A stretch of 62,022 bases of DNA, taken from Bacillota bacterium (GTDB lineage: Bacteria > Bacillota > Sulfobacillia > Sulfobacillales > Sulfobacillaceae). Shown here one piece after another: positions 27,552 to 38,636 of this stretch (its first letter is position 1; each line of letters opens with the position of its first letter). The notes under the pieces were generated by a model. The model was given only the letters and a program-made list of their open reading frames with translations. It was not told the DNA's origin and did not search any database. The position numbers and the translations under genes were made by a program. The stretch spans positions 1 through 62,022 of the forward strand of contig JAJZZI010000048.1 of the NCBI GenBank assembly GCA_021797635.1, written 5' to 3'.

Positions 27552-29053
27552 GACCAGAACCCGAAGAGATAACGGCGATATTGAAGACCCAAATCGAAAA
27601 GTTTGGGCAAGATCTCGAAATATCCGAGGTCGGCACGGTGCTGGAAGTAGGAGATGGTATTGCCCGCATATATGGACTTAGCGAGTGCATGGCGGGCGAA
27701 ATGCTATCCTTCGAAAATGGCACCTCGGGACTTGCCCTGAACTTGGAAGAAGACAATGTAGGGTGCGTGATTTTAGGCGACGAGGTGGGCATCAAAGAAG
27801 GCGACCGCGTACGCCGAACCGGGCGTGTGGTGGAGGTGCCCGTGGGGGACGCCTTGATTGGCCGGATCGTGAATGCTCTGGGTCAACCCATCGACGGCAA
27901 GGGCGAACTTTTGACCAAAAAGCGTAGAGCCGTAGAGAGTCCGGCACCGGGTATTATTGAGCGCCAGCCCGTCAAAATTCCCTTGCAGACGGGAATCAAG
28001 GCGGTCGACGCGATGATTCCGATTGGACGGGGACAGCGAGAACTTATCATTGGCGATCGTCAGACCGGGAAGACGGCGTTGGTGGTGGACACGATTTTGA
28101 ACCAAAAGGGTCAGGACGTGATTTGCGTCTATGTGGGAATTGGCCAAAAGGAGTCGACGATTGTCGGCCTCGTTCACACCTTGGAAGAACATGGCGCTAT
28201 GGACTACTCCATTGTGGTTTCCTCGTCCGCGGCCGAGCCCGCTCCCTTGCAATACCTTGCGCCCTACGCAGGATGCGCCATTGGAGAAGAATTTCGTGAT
28301 AGCGGTCGTCATGCCTTGGTGATTTATGACGATCTTTCCAAACACGCCGTGGCCTACCGGGCGATGTCCTTGCTGCTGCGTCGTCCTCCAGGTCGGGAAG
28401 CCTACCCCGGAGACGTCTTTTACCTTCATTCGCGTCTCTTAGAGCGGGCCGCCGCGATGAGTGAAGATCATGGTGGGGGGACGTTGACGGCATTGCCGGT
28501 GATCGAAACGCTGGCTGGCGACATTTCTGCCTATATTCCCACCAACGTCATTTCCATTACGGACGGGCAGATTTTCCTTGAAAGCGATCTATTTTTCTCC
28601 GGCCAGCGCCCCGCCATTAACGTCGGTCTCTCGGTGTCCAGGGTCGGATCGTCGGCTCAGATCGGAGCCATGAAAAAAGTCGCCGGTGGGATGCGCTTAG
28701 ATTTGGCCCAGTATCGGGAACTTCAGGCATTTTCACAGTTTGGTTCCGACCTTGACAAGGCCACTCAGGCTCGCCTCTCGCGAGGTGCCCACACCGTCGA
28801 GATCTTAAAGCAGCCTCAGTATCAGCCAATGGCAGTGGAAGAGCAAGTGATCTCGATCTTTGCCGTCACCAATGGATATTGGGATGACGTTCCCGTTCCC
28901 GAAACCCGCCAGGCGGAACAAGACTTGCTGGCCTATATGCGGGAGCAGCATGGGCAGATCGTCGAACGGATTCGAAGAGAGAAGAAGATGGACGAGGCCC
29001 TGACTAAGGATTTAAGGGACGCCATTGAAGCCTTTAAGAAAGCGATGGTGTAG
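27548..29053 (+). CDS. atpA: F0F1 ATP synthase subunit alpha
   Basis: GDRQTGKT P-loop and [20 protein letters not shown]. Confidence 0.97.
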   Translation: MRPEPEEITAILKTQIEKFGQDLEISEVGTVLEVGDGIARIYGLSECMAGEMLSFENGTSGLALNLEEDNVGCVILGDEVGIKEGDRVRRTGRVVEVPVGDALIGRIVNALGQPIDGKGELLTKKRRAVESPAPGIIERQPVKIPLQTGIKAVDAMIPIGRGQRELIIGDRQTGKTALVVDTILNQKGQDVICVYVGIGQKESTIVGLVHTLEEHGAMDYSIVVSSSAAEPAPLQYLAPYAGCAIGEEFRDSGRHALVIYDDLSKHAVAYRAMSLLLRRPPGREAYPGDVFYLHSRLLERAAAMSEDHGGGTLTALPVIETLAGDISAYIPTNVISITDGQIFLESDLFFSGQRPAINVGLSVSRVGSSAQIGAMKKVAGGMRLDLAQYRELQAFSQFGSDLDKATQARLSRGAHTVEILKQPQYQPMAVEEQVISIFAVTNGYWDDVPVPETRQAEQDLLAYMREQHGQIVERIRREKKMDEALTKDLRDAIEAFKKAMV

Positions 29054-29055
29054 GG

Positions 29056-29916
29056 GTGGCCGGCGGCGGGTTGCAGGCACTCAGGCGAAGAATTCGTTCC
29101 GTTCAAAACACGGCGCAAATCACCCGGGCTATGAAGATGGTAGCTGGGGCGAAGTTGCGCCGGGCGGAGACGCGGGCTAAAAATGCGCATGACTATTTTG
29201 ATGCAATTCAAGCCATCACCGCCCACGCCGTGGCCGGAACGGCTCTCCAGCATCCCTTGTTGGTCGAGCGCCAGGTTAAGACGGCGGCGATGCTCGTGAT
29301 TAGCTCCGATCGGGGCTTGGCGGGGCCCTATAATGCGAGCGTGCTGCGCCAGGCGGTGCAGCATATGCGAAGTCGATCGGAGCACAATCATGTCGTGATG
29401 GTGGTGGGCCGCAAGGGACGCGATTTTTTCCGTTTCCGTGGGCAGAGACTGTTGGACGAGTTCGTGAATTTGGGCGACGAGCCTACCTATCGCCAGGCGC
29501 GGGTGATTGCGGATGCCATCACCGGGCATTACTTGGAGGAGACGGTGGATGTCGTCTACCTCACCTACATGAAATATATTAACGCCATGACGCAGACGCC
29601 TCGCACGATTCGACTGCTTCCTGTGGACCGGCCTGAGCAGGAACCTTCATCATCGGCGACGCACTATCTGTTTGAACCGGAAGCCGAAGAGGTGTTTGAA
29701 GACTTGTTGCCGCGGTATCTGGAAGTGATTGTCTATGGGGCGCTTTTGGATTCGAAAGCAAGCGAACAAGGTGCGCGGATGATGGCGATGGATTCGGCAT
29801 CCAAGAACGCGGAAGAGCTCATTCGAAAGATGATATTGGAGCGAAACCGCTTGCGTCAAGCGGCCATTACCCGCGAAATAGCGGAACTAGTTGGCGGCGC
29901 CGAGGCGCTCACCTAA
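29056..29916 (+). CDS. atpG: F0F1 ATP synthase subunit gamma
   Basis: RIRSVQNTAQITRAMKMVAGAKLRRA at the N-terminus and NRLRQAAITREIAELVGGAEAL at the C-terminus. Confidence 0.93.
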   Translation: MAGGGLQALRRRIRSVQNTAQITRAMKMVAGAKLRRAETRAKNAHDYFDAIQAITAHAVAGTALQHPLLVERQVKTAAMLVISSDRGLAGPYNASVLRQAVQHMRSRSEHNHVVMVVGRKGRDFFRFRGQRLLDEFVNLGDEPTYRQARVIADAITGHYLEETVDVVYLTYMKYINAMTQTPRTIRLLPVDRPEQEPSSSATHYLFEPEAEEVFEDLLPRYLEVIVYGALLDSKASEQGARMMAMDSASKNAEELIRKMILERNRLRQAAITREIAELVGGAEALT

Positions 29917-31377
<1,461 letters not shown>

Positions 31378-31387
31378 AATCGGAGGA

Positions 31388-31831
31388 ATGACCATGGCCA
31401 CCTTTCGATTGCGGGTGGTGACGCCGGAGCGTACGGTCCTGGACCGTGCCGTGCAGGAGATACTTACCCGTTCGGTAGAGGGGGAGCTGGGGGTTTTGCC
31501 CCGCCATATGCCCCTTATTACGCCTTTGGTGGCGAATGCCCTAACCGTCTACGTCGAGGACCAAAGTCCCTTTCATGTAGCGGTGGCCGGAGGTTTTCTG
31601 GAAGTCAACGAGCGCGAAGTATTAGTGTTAGCAGATTCGGCCGAGCTTCCCGAGGACATCGACGTCGCTCGCGCAGAATCGGCTAGAAATCGGGCGCAAA
31701 GTCGGCTGGAACAGGGCGGGGAAGAGGTAGACGTGGCCCGGGCAAAGCGGGCGTTAGCGAGAGCCGAGAGCCGGCTGGCTGCGGTCGATCCGGGCCGTGC
31801 CCGGGGTGCGCCGAGCGTTTCATCCAAATAG
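31388..31831 (+). CDS. atpC: F0F1 ATP synthase subunit epsilon
   Basis: The N-terminal beta-sandwich pattern (LRVVTPER...GELGVLPRHMPLIT) is followed by a C-terminal helical hairpin. Confidence 0.9.
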   Translation: MTMATFRLRVVTPERTVLDRAVQEILTRSVEGELGVLPRHMPLITPLVANALTVYVEDQSPFHVAVAGGFLEVNEREVLVLADSAELPEDIDVARAESARNRAQSRLEQGGEEVDVARAKRALARAESRLAAVDPGRARGAPSVSSK

Positions 31832-31849
31832 CATACCAGGCTAAGCAAG

Positions 31850-31884
31850 GCGGTCCTCGCGCGAGCGATGAGGCCGCTTTTTTC
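31850..31884 (+). terminator. rho-independent terminator after the atp operon
   Basis: Stem GCGG(T)CCTC / GAGGCCGC with an 11-nt loop, followed by T7. Confidence 0.6.
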
Positions 31885-31968
31885 GATCACCAAGCGCGCC
31901 CGCGCCCGGCGTATGAGATGCCTCTTGTCGTGGAACCATCTGGGAAAGATGGTTGGAGGGTAAACGGG

Positions 31969-32661
31969 ATGCCAAGTGCTTTATGGACATTGGTCATGTC
32001 GGGGTTAATCGTGATCGGCGCGAAAAGTTCGGTTAGTCCATATGGGACCTTGGGCACGTTGTTTGACGCGACCAGAGCGCATGCCACCGGCTACACGTTA
32101 GATGGCTGGGAGCCGCTGACGGGCGCCGAAGACCATGTCTCGCTAGCGGGATTAGCCTCCCACGTGGCCCATCAAGCCCATGTCCGGGGAGAGGTGGGTC
32201 TGACCAAGGGCCCTGGCTTTCAAAAGGCCGAGGTGGTTCAAGCCAAACGCGGGATCACGACCGAGATGATGGTGGAGCGTCTGGCCTCGGGCGCCACCTA
32301 TGTAGTGCTTCACCGGTCCTCAGGCTACGGATTTTATGGGATCGGCCAGGGTGTCCTTTGGGCTAAGAAACTTTTATCCCAAGAAGGTCATTCCGCTCAC
32401 CTATGCCTAACTTTGGAAGGATATCTGCCAAACCTCTCCTCTTATCAGGAAAGAAAACGCATGGACGAGGCGTTCGCTGCGGTGCATGCAAGGGCGGTCA
32501 CCAGCCGCCGCTTGTCCGCCCCCACCTTCGTATTGCAATCGGCCGACGTAATAGGACGGCCATGCCACCCCCTGCACTTGCAACTCGCCATGCACCGCGA
32601 GCCGTACGATGCGGTGACCAAGGTGCTGGTCGGCACCCCAGTGGTTACGGTGAAATACTAA
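31969..32661 (+). CDS. ywmB: YwmB-family protein (DUF1779)
   Basis: It sits directly after atpC, as in Bacillus subtilis. It has an N-terminal membrane anchor. The C-terminal LHLQLAM...VLVGTPVVTVKY resembles the YwmB C-terminus as I recall it. The ATG at 31969 lies 8 nt after GGAGGG. Confidence 0.55.
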   Translation: MPSALWTLVMSGLIVIGAKSSVSPYGTLGTLFDATRAHATGYTLDGWEPLTGAEDHVSLAGLASHVAHQAHVRGEVGLTKGPGFQKAEVVQAKRGITTEMMVERLASGATYVVLHRSSGYGFYGIGQGVLWAKKLLSQEGHSAHLCLTLEGYLPNLSSYQERKRMDEAFAAVHARAVTSRRLSAPTFVLQSADVIGRPCHPLHLQLAMHREPYDAVTKVLVGTPVVTVKY

Positions 32662-32790
32662 AAACTGGAATAAGTGGTACGGATAGGGAATGAATGAGGA
32701 AAAAATTGGGCATCCTGTGCCTGAGCATGTCCCATCAAGTTGGACGGCTTAGGTCTCTGATGACAGTCGTCAAAGGAAGCGGGAGGACAC

Positions 32791-33402
32791 ATGGGCAACA
32801 GTCAGAAGACGTTGTGGCGGATACTGGCGGGAGTGGTGGGGGTTCTCGTTGTGGGAACCGGACTCACTCTGGCAATTCGCAGCGAACGCCGAGCAGTAAG
32901 CGTAAAAGCTGAACTGCACCAACAAAAGGCAAAAAAGGGCCGCGCGCCGAAGAGAAAGCGGCCAACTAAGAGTCATAAGGCGACGGTCCTACCGACGACC
33001 AAACCGCTGATGATGCCAGTTAGCGGGCGCATCCAGGCGGGCTTTGGTTGGCAATATTCGGGAGCGCAAAATGAGTGGTATTACAACCCGGGAATCACGA
33101 TCGCAGCCAAGGCAGGAACCCCGGTGAAGGCGGCCTGGGCCGGTACCGTGGAACGGGTGCAAGCCCAGCCCGCAACCGGCGTGGAGGTGATGGTCAACGA
33201 CGGAGGCAATTTTGAGACAGCGTACGCCCACCTGGGCAAGGCCAAGGTGCGCGTTGGTCAGAGCCTTCACCAGGGAGACGTCGTCGGCGTGGTCGGGCCA
33301 TCTGACATCTATGCGCATCAAATCGGGGCACACCTTGACTTTCAGTTGTACCACTCGGGTCTGGCGTCCGATCCAGTCGCCTATCTGCATCCCTCATCGT
33401 AA
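32791..33402 (+). CDS. membrane-anchored degenerate LytM/M23 domain protein (SpoIIQ-like)
   Basis: N-terminal TM segment, then a basic linker and an M23 fold (GTPVKAAWAGTVERV, GNFETAYAHLGKAKVRVGQSLHQGDVVG). The metal ligands are degenerate: NPGITI replaces HxGxD and HLD replaces HxH. Confidence 0.6.
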   Translation: MGNSQKTLWRILAGVVGVLVVGTGLTLAIRSERRAVSVKAELHQQKAKKGRAPKRKRPTKSHKATVLPTTKPLMMPVSGRIQAGFGWQYSGAQNEWYYNPGITIAAKAGTPVKAAWAGTVERVQAQPATGVEVMVNDGGNFETAYAHLGKAKVRVGQSLHQGDVVGVVGPSDIYAHQIGAHLDFQLYHSGLASDPVAYLHPSS

Positions 33403-33424
33403 GCCCGTTTAACATCGATGCCAG

Positions 33425-33450
33425 TGCCAGGGCACATGCCCTGGCATTTT
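33425..33450 (+). terminator. rho-independent terminator after the SpoIIQ-like gene
   Basis: Stem TGCCAGGGC / GCCCTGGCA with a 4-nt loop, followed by TTTT. Confidence 0.6.
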
Positions 33451-33472
33451 CACGTACGCCCGGCCATATACT
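33444..33472 (+). promoter_or_regulatory. candidate sigma-E-type (mother-cell) promoter of spoIIID
   Basis: GCATTTT, 14-nt spacer, CATATACT. This resembles the sigma-E consensus (kmATATT, 14-nt spacer, CATACAnT) and lies about 35 nt upstream of the spoIIID start. Confidence 0.35.
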
Positions 33473-33507
33473 CAACCAGATTGCGGGGGGAGAAAGGGGC
33501 CGGAGCG

Positions 33508-33768
33508 GTGAAAGACCACATCTGGCAGCGTGTGGTAGATATAGGCAACTACATCCTCAAGAGTGGCGCTACCGTCCGCGATACTGCAAAAGTCTTTGGG
33601 GTCTCGAAAAGCACTGTGCATAAAGATGTCACGGAACGCCTTCCTAAGGTAAATGCTCAACTGGCAACCGAGGTCAAGAAGATCTTGGAGGTAAACAAGG
33701 CGGAAAGGCATTTAAGGGGAGGGGAGGCAACGAGACAAAAATTTAGAATAAAGCATCCGGTTGCCTGA
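33508..33768 (+). CDS. spoIIID: stage III sporulation protein D (SpoIIID transcription factor)
   Basis: FGVSKSTVHKDVTERLPKVN...RHLRGGEATRQKF is near-identical in pattern to Bacillus SpoIIID. The GTG start at 33508 gives 86 aa. Confidence 0.9.
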   Translation: MKDHIWQRVVDIGNYILKSGATVRDTAKVFGVSKSTVHKDVTERLPKVNAQLATEVKKILEVNKAERHLRGGEATRQKFRIKHPVA

Positions 33769-34040
33769 CAGATCGATAGGCCGCCATCCGTCCGTCCAAC
33801 AAGCTGTTCATCGAGTTCTCGCCACTCCTGAATGGCTTGTTGGGGTCGACGCACTTTGCGCTTAGGGCGCCAAGCACCGGGTTGTCGATTCCGCCTGAAC
33901 CCTGTTCGGCGAGGCCAGAAGGTAGGTCGTTTCGCCCACTGGCTACTGGTTTTCTAGTTGCAAAAAAGCTAGGAGCGGACCCTCACCCCTTGGTAAGAAT
34001 CGTCGCGGCTTACTCTAAGATCACCGGGGTTGGGAGGCGA

Positions 34041-34928
34041 CTAGAGCGCTCCACCCGACTCAGGCGCGTCGTGCTTTGGCGTAAACTGGGGCAGATTGAC
34101 GAGGGCAATGCCTAGGGCGATAAAGAGGCCACCAAGAAGAACCCCGGGAGTCAGGGGCTCTCCTAAAATAAGCCAACCCGAAAGTACCCCGAAGAAGGGA
34201 GCCAGGAACAAAAAAGAGCTGGTTTTGGCGGCGTCACCCTGTTGCAAAAGCCAGAACCAAAGGGAAAACTGCACGATGGAGGCCATGATGGCCAACCAGA
34301 GGATGAGGCCTAGCGAGGTCCAGGTGAGCACGAAGAGGGGCCGTTCCATCACCGTACTTAACCCTAAGAGGGCAAGGCCACCTATCAGCATTTGGTAGGC
34401 GGTTAAGGCCCACATATCAAATGCCGCTCCCCACCGTTTGATGAGCAGCGTGGCCACGGCCCACGAGAAGGCACCTCCAAGGCCAAGCGCCGTGCCCGAT
34501 CGCATATGTAGATGAAGACCCAGGGTGATGAGAATTCCGACGAACCCCAAAACCACGCCAATCCACTGGAAGGCTCGGTAACGGGCCTTCCAAAAAATGG
34601 TGGCCAAGAGCACCACCATGAGCGGGTTGCTAAACGTGAGGATGGAGGACTCGCTGGCCGGAATCGTGCGCAGGCTGATAAAGATGGCGCCCATCACTCC
34701 GGTGGTTTGAAAGAGCCCGACGAGGGCGACTTGAGCCCATCGGCGAAGGCCTTGAGGGCGAGGGCGGTGGTGCGTTGCCGCCGCCATGATGATCCCGGCC
34801 AAGGTAAAGCGGATACCGGCGAGGAGCAAAGGAGAGACGTCTTGCAGTCCCAGTTTGCCAATGGAAAAGGACGAGCCCATTAGGGCGGTGGCGACCACTA
34901 ACCCGGCAAGATAGCTTGGTCGGTTCAC
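34041..34928 (-). CDS. EamA/DMT-family transporter
   Basis: 10-TM profile in two EamA-like halves, 295 aa. Confidence 0.8.
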   Translation of the reverse strand: MNRPSYLAGLVVATALMGSSFSIGKLGLQDVSPLLLAGIRFTLAGIIMAAATHHRPRPQGLRRWAQVALVGLFQTTGVMGAIFISLRTIPASESSILTFSNPLMVVLLATIFWKARYRAFQWIGVVLGFVGILITLGLHLHMRSGTALGLGGAFSWAVATLLIKRWGAAFDMWALTAYQMLIGGLALLGLSTVMERPLFVLTWTSLGLILWLAIMASIVQFSLWFWLLQQGDAAKTSSFLFLAPFFGVLSGWLILGEPLTPGVLLGGLFIALGIALVNLPQFTPKHDAPESGGAL

Positions 34929-35087
34929 TCAGCTAGCCTTCCATCATAGGCCGTCCGAGGGCCTGCACAGAGCCTAAGATGCTGTGGTGTGATGGGTCCC
35001 GTATTCTCCCTGTCTTCCACGACCTACCCTGACCCCCTTAAAATCTCCAGAGCCGCCCTGTCGAGCGTCATCGGTAAAACGAATGCA

Positions 35088-35690
35088 TTAGGCCATTTGC
35101 TGCAACTGCCTTTTAAGTCGCTGGCGGGCTCGTTGAAGCCGCTTTCGACTTCGTTCGTACTCCTTCCGTGACATGGTCGGCAGAGGACACCAGGTCAAAG
35201 CTAGGCGCTCGTCTGGGCTAAGCGATTGTAGCGCGTGGGCGAAATCGAGGAAGCATTCGGCCTCAGTGAAATTTTCGTCGCGCCCGCTGGCGTGTTTGAG
35301 AGACGATTCGTTCAGTCTCTCGTCTCGATTTCGTTGCTTTAGGTATTCCCGCCGGATCCGTTGATGGACGGTGTTTTTGGCATAGTCCGTAAAGGTGGTG
35401 CGGTGACGCCAGGGCTGATAGGCGAAGACTGACTCCCAAAGGGCCAGGGCTCCTTCGCCTTGTAGGTCGTCCACCTGGCCACCCAATCGACCGTATCGGC
35501 GGGCATCTTCCGCTATCTGGGGCCAAAAGTGGGCTACGAAGGCCTCTTGCAGCTCAAGCTGACCTTGTTTTAAACCAGTTAGTTGATCGTCCTGCCAGAC
35601 CATTCGTGTCGATGGTGGCCACCCTGAGCAGGCTAATCGCAAAACGCCCCAGAGGGTGGAACGAAGGCTAGTTTGCGCGAGTGCACTCAT
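35088..35690 (-). CDS. compact sigma-70-family-like protein (region 2 plus reduced region 4)
   Basis: [29 protein letters not shown]...[17 protein letters not shown] resembles sigma region 2.1-2.4. LSPDERLAL...[13 protein letters not shown] resembles region 4. The ATG overlaps the clpP stop (ATGA). Confidence 0.5.
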   Translation of the reverse strand: MSALAQTSLRSTLWGVLRLACSGWPPSTRMVWQDDQLTGLKQGQLELQEAFVAHFWPQIAEDARRYGRLGGQVDDLQGEGALALWESVFAYQPWRHRTTFTDYAKNTVHQRIRREYLKQRNRDERLNESSLKHASGRDENFTEAECFLDFAHALQSLSPDERLALTWCPLPTMSRKEYERSRKRLQRARQRLKRQLQQMA

Positions 35691-36292
35691 GAACTTCCCT
35701 CCCGTGTACGGCTAATGTGATCGATCAGTCCGTAGGCCAATGCCTGCTCGGCGCTCATCCAACAGTCACGTTCGATATCCCGAGCGATTCGTTCCCGATC
35801 CTGACCGGTGTGATGTGCCAACAATTCTATCTCTACCTGCTTGGTTGCGGATAGCTCCTTGAGGGAAATTTCCAAGTCGGTTAGCTTTCCGTGCATTTCT
35901 CCGCTTATGCCAGGCTCGTGGATCATGATCCGACTATGGGGCAGGGCGTACCGGTGAGTCGAATTTCCAGCGGCCAACAACACGGCGGCCATGCTGGCGG
36001 CCAAACCGATGGCCACGGTGACGATGGGGGGCTTGATGTACTGCAAGGTATCATAGATGGACATGCCCGCGGTCGTGGAGCCACCGGGAGAGTCGATGTA
36101 AAGATTAATCGCTTCCGAGGCATTCTCGCTTTCCAAGAACAGCAGCTGAGCGACGACTAAGCTGGCCATGGTGTCTTCGATGGGCCCTGTAAGAAAGATG
36201 ATGCGCTCTCGCAGCAATCTCGAGTAAATGTCAAACGAACGCTCTCCGTGTGCGGTCGGCTCGACGACCACGGGCACCAAATGATTGGACAT
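35687..36292 (-). CDS. clpP: ATP-dependent Clp protease proteolytic subunit
   Basis: [18 protein letters not shown] and YIDSPGGS are present. The catalytic Ser lies in GLAASMAA, the His in IMIHEP and the Asp in IERDCWMSA. The ATG at 36292 lies 6 nt after GAGGTG. Confidence 0.93.
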   Translation of the reverse strand: MSNHLVPVVVEPTAHGERSFDIYSRLLRERIIFLTGPIEDTMASLVVAQLLFLESENASEAINLYIDSPGGSTTAGMSIYDTLQYIKPPIVTVAIGLAASMAAVLLAAGNSTHRYALPHSRIMIHEPGISGEMHGKLTDLEISLKELSATKQVEIELLAHHTGQDRERIARDIERDCWMSAEQALAYGLIDHISRTREGSS

Positions 36293-36693
36293 GGGTTTCA
36301 CCTCATCTAATCATTGTTCGTGATCGAGGAGCATCGGGACAAGCAAGGCCAGTAATTTATTGCGATCTAAAGTCGTCGAGACGGGCCCGCGCGAGTCAAT
36401 CCCTATGGCGCGTCAGCATGGGCTAGGATCGTGCCACACGCCTACCACGATTTCTTGGTTTCGATGCCTTTTTAGGTTGGCAGCGGGTTTATCCTCCAGA
36501 TGATTTGGCCTCGACCTACGCTATGCGAAGGACTTGGTTCGTTGGGAAATCCCAATCGAATGTGAAATATGGCATAATAACTGCGACGACCGTGGTGTTT
36601 TGGTTAAACGCGTTGATATGGTACACGATTTCGATGGTGGCTTGAAGCGGACCCATCTAGAGAACTTTTTGCTTATGCGGTCGTGCTAAGGTC

Positions 36694-37656
36694 TTGGAGG
36701 AACGACACGCGCTGTCTATGAGCTTGGGTATGGAGTCAAGGGAAAGGGGCTTTCAAGTCATGGTCTCCAGGGTCTTTGAGGGGCCGCCGGTCATGGTGCC
36801 AAGCCGATCGGCGATTTGGCTTAAAGGGTGGAGACGGTTTGCCGCAAATCGAGCAGCCCTGCTAGGCCTGTTGTGGCTTATCTTGTTTGGGGTCGTGGCC
36901 CTGTGGGGGCGCCAGTTGGCCCCCTATAGCATGCAGTATGCGAACCTCTTTGCTGGCAACGAGGGTCCAAGCCTGCTCCATCCCTTTGGCACGGATAGCC
37001 TAGGGCAAGACATGCTCACGATGGTCATGTACGGATTGCGCTATACCCTGGCAGTCGGGTTCGGCGCCACCGTCGTGGCCCTGGTGGTGGGCGTGTTCAT
37101 CGGGTTGACCTCGGGAATGGCTGGACGCCTTCTGGATGAAGGGTTAATGCGTTTGACCGACTTTGTCTATGCTTTTCCTGGCTTCTTATTCGCAGCCTTT
37201 ATTGTTGGAGCATTCCACGGTCAGACAGAAGTGGTCATCTTGGCCTTCGGACTAACTCAATGGGCAGGATTTGCGAGGCTAACCCGGGGATTGGTGCTGA
37301 CCGTACGCCACTCGGAATTGGTGGAATCGGGACGGGCCATTGGTGCTTCGCGAGCTTTTATCGCCTTGCGCTACATTTTGCCGCAAGTGGTGAACAGTAT
37401 TATCGTCTACACGGCTTTCGTAGCGGTCAACATCATCACCTTACAGGCCGAATTGAGCCTGTTTTATGGGACTGGACCTGCTCTGCCGCTCATCAGTTTC
37501 GGGCAGCTGATCAGCCAAGGCACCGCCGACGTGCTGGGATATTGGTGGTTGTTAGTTCTGCCCGTAGGCACTTTGATTTCATTGCTGGTCGCCCTGGTGG
37601 TGGTAGGAGAGGGCTTGCAGGCAGCCTTGAACCCGAAGGGAAATCGAATCCTATGA
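36694..37656 (+). CDS. peptide/nickel-type ABC transporter permease (DppC/OppC-like)
   Basis: N-terminal WRRFAANRAALLG and an EAA-type loop ESGRAIGASRAFIALRYILPQ. The start is uncertain, with in-frame ATGs at 36718, 36730 and 36760. Confidence 0.8.
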   Translation: MEERHALSMSLGMESRERGFQVMVSRVFEGPPVMVPSRSAIWLKGWRRFAANRAALLGLLWLILFGVVALWGRQLAPYSMQYANLFAGNEGPSLLHPFGTDSLGQDMLTMVMYGLRYTLAVGFGATVVALVVGVFIGLTSGMAGRLLDEGLMRLTDFVYAFPGFLFAAFIVGAFHGQTEVVILAFGLTQWAGFARLTRGLVLTVRHSELVESGRAIGASRAFIALRYILPQVVNSIIVYTAFVAVNIITLQAELSLFYGTGPALPLISFGQLISQGTADVLGYWWLLVLPVGTLISLLVALVVVGEGLQAALNPKGNRIL

Positions 37657-38636
37657 GCACGGTCTTAAAAATCGAAGACTTGGCAGTAAGTTTCCCCAGC
37701 ACCGACAAAAGGATATTCGCCGTCAATGGTCTTTCGCTCGAAGTGGAACGTGGGGAGTGGCTGGGCGTAGTGGGCGAAAGCGGATCGGGGAAATCGGTCT
37801 CGCTGCTGGCCTGCCTTCAATTACTGACTGGAGATGCCCACATTGATAGAGGTCGAGCGTGGTTCGAGGGCAAAGACTTACTCCGGGTGAAGCGCAAGGC
37901 GATGCGGACCATCTTAGGCCGCAAGATCGGCATGGTCTTTCAAAACTTGGCCAATGGATTGGATCCGGCCATGCGCATCGGGGCCCAAGTCATGGAACCC
38001 ATGCTCGCGCATGCCTTATGTAACAAGCCCGAGGCGCGCCGCCGGGCATTGAGCCTTCTTGCGGAGCTTGGGCTCTCGGATCCCGAGCGCCAGTTCGAGC
38101 GCTATCCCTTTGAACTTTCTGGGGGCATGCGCCAGCGCGTCATGATCGCGGTTGCCTTGGCCGCAGAACCAGAACTGCTGATCGCCGATGAACCAACCAC
38201 CGCGTTAGATACCACCGTGCAGGTTCAAGTGCTGTCTGTCCTTCAAGCGGCATGTCGCAAACGCCAGATGACCGTTATTATGGTTACCCATGATCTGGGG
38301 GTGGCGACCAACGTGTGCGACCGGGTCGTCGTGATGTACGGTGGTCAAGTCATGGAAAACGCCGAGATCGACGCGTTTATTCAACGTTCGGTTCATCCTT
38401 ACACCCAAGGATTGAAGGGTTCGATGATCCCGATCACCGGCTCGTCCGGCACCTTGCAGCAGATTCAGGGTTCCGCCGCAATTTTTCATCAAGTTCCCGT
38501 CGGATGCCCTTTCGCAGCGCGCTGTCCGCATGCATTCGAGCGTTGTCAAACGGAGCGGCCCAAGCTTGTTCGACTGGGTGCAGAGCATGAAGCGGCCTGC
38601 CATCTTGTCGATCAGGAGTGCGCTAATGTCGGATAG
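37653..38636 (+). CDS. peptide/nickel-type ABC transporter ATP-binding protein (DppD/OppD-like)
   Basis: Walker A GESGSGKS, signature LSGGMRQR, Walker B LLIADEPT and a C-terminal oligopeptide-type extension with Cys residues. The ATG overlaps the permease stop. Confidence 0.9.
   Translation: MSTVLKIEDLAVSFPSTDKRIFAVNGLSLEVERGEWLGVVGESGSGKSVSLLACLQLLTGDAHIDRGRAWFEGKDLLRVKRKAMRTILGRKIGMVFQNLANGLDPAMRIGAQVMEPMLAHALCNKPEARRRALSLLAELGLSDPERQFERYPFELSGGMRQRVMIAVALAAEPELLIADEPTTALDTTVQVQVLSVLQAACRKRQMTVIMVTHDLGVATNVCDRVVVMYGGQVMENAEIDAFIQRSVHPYTQGLKGSMIPITGSSGTLQQIQGSAAIFHQVPVGCPFAARCPHAFERCQTERPKLVRLGAEHEAACHLVDQECANVG

Noticed and set aside
27773-28429. 218-aa minus-strand ORF inside atpA. Similar long antisense or alternate-frame ORFs occur inside other genes: 28933-29529 in atpG, 20319-20717 in prfA, 21329-22073 in prmC, 38205-38885 in the ABC ATPases, 40499-41080 over the metK start, 54358-54894 in rbsK, 56752-57270 in the ABC ATPase, and 58998-59519 in acs.
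   Set aside because: Each lies entirely inside a gene whose product has unmistakable conserved motifs on the other strand or frame. The compositions are Arg/Pro/Gly-rich, typical of shadow ORFs in GC-rich coding DNA. None has a convincing RBS.
37260-37652. Upstream extension of the DppD-like ORF (track start 37260). The extension of the nucleoside hydrolase ORF (54863-55147) is similar.
   Set aside because: Both are open-frame run-ins overlapping the preceding genes. The family-typical N-termini start at 37653 ([10 protein letters not shown]) and 55148 (MTVRCYLDMDPGIDD).
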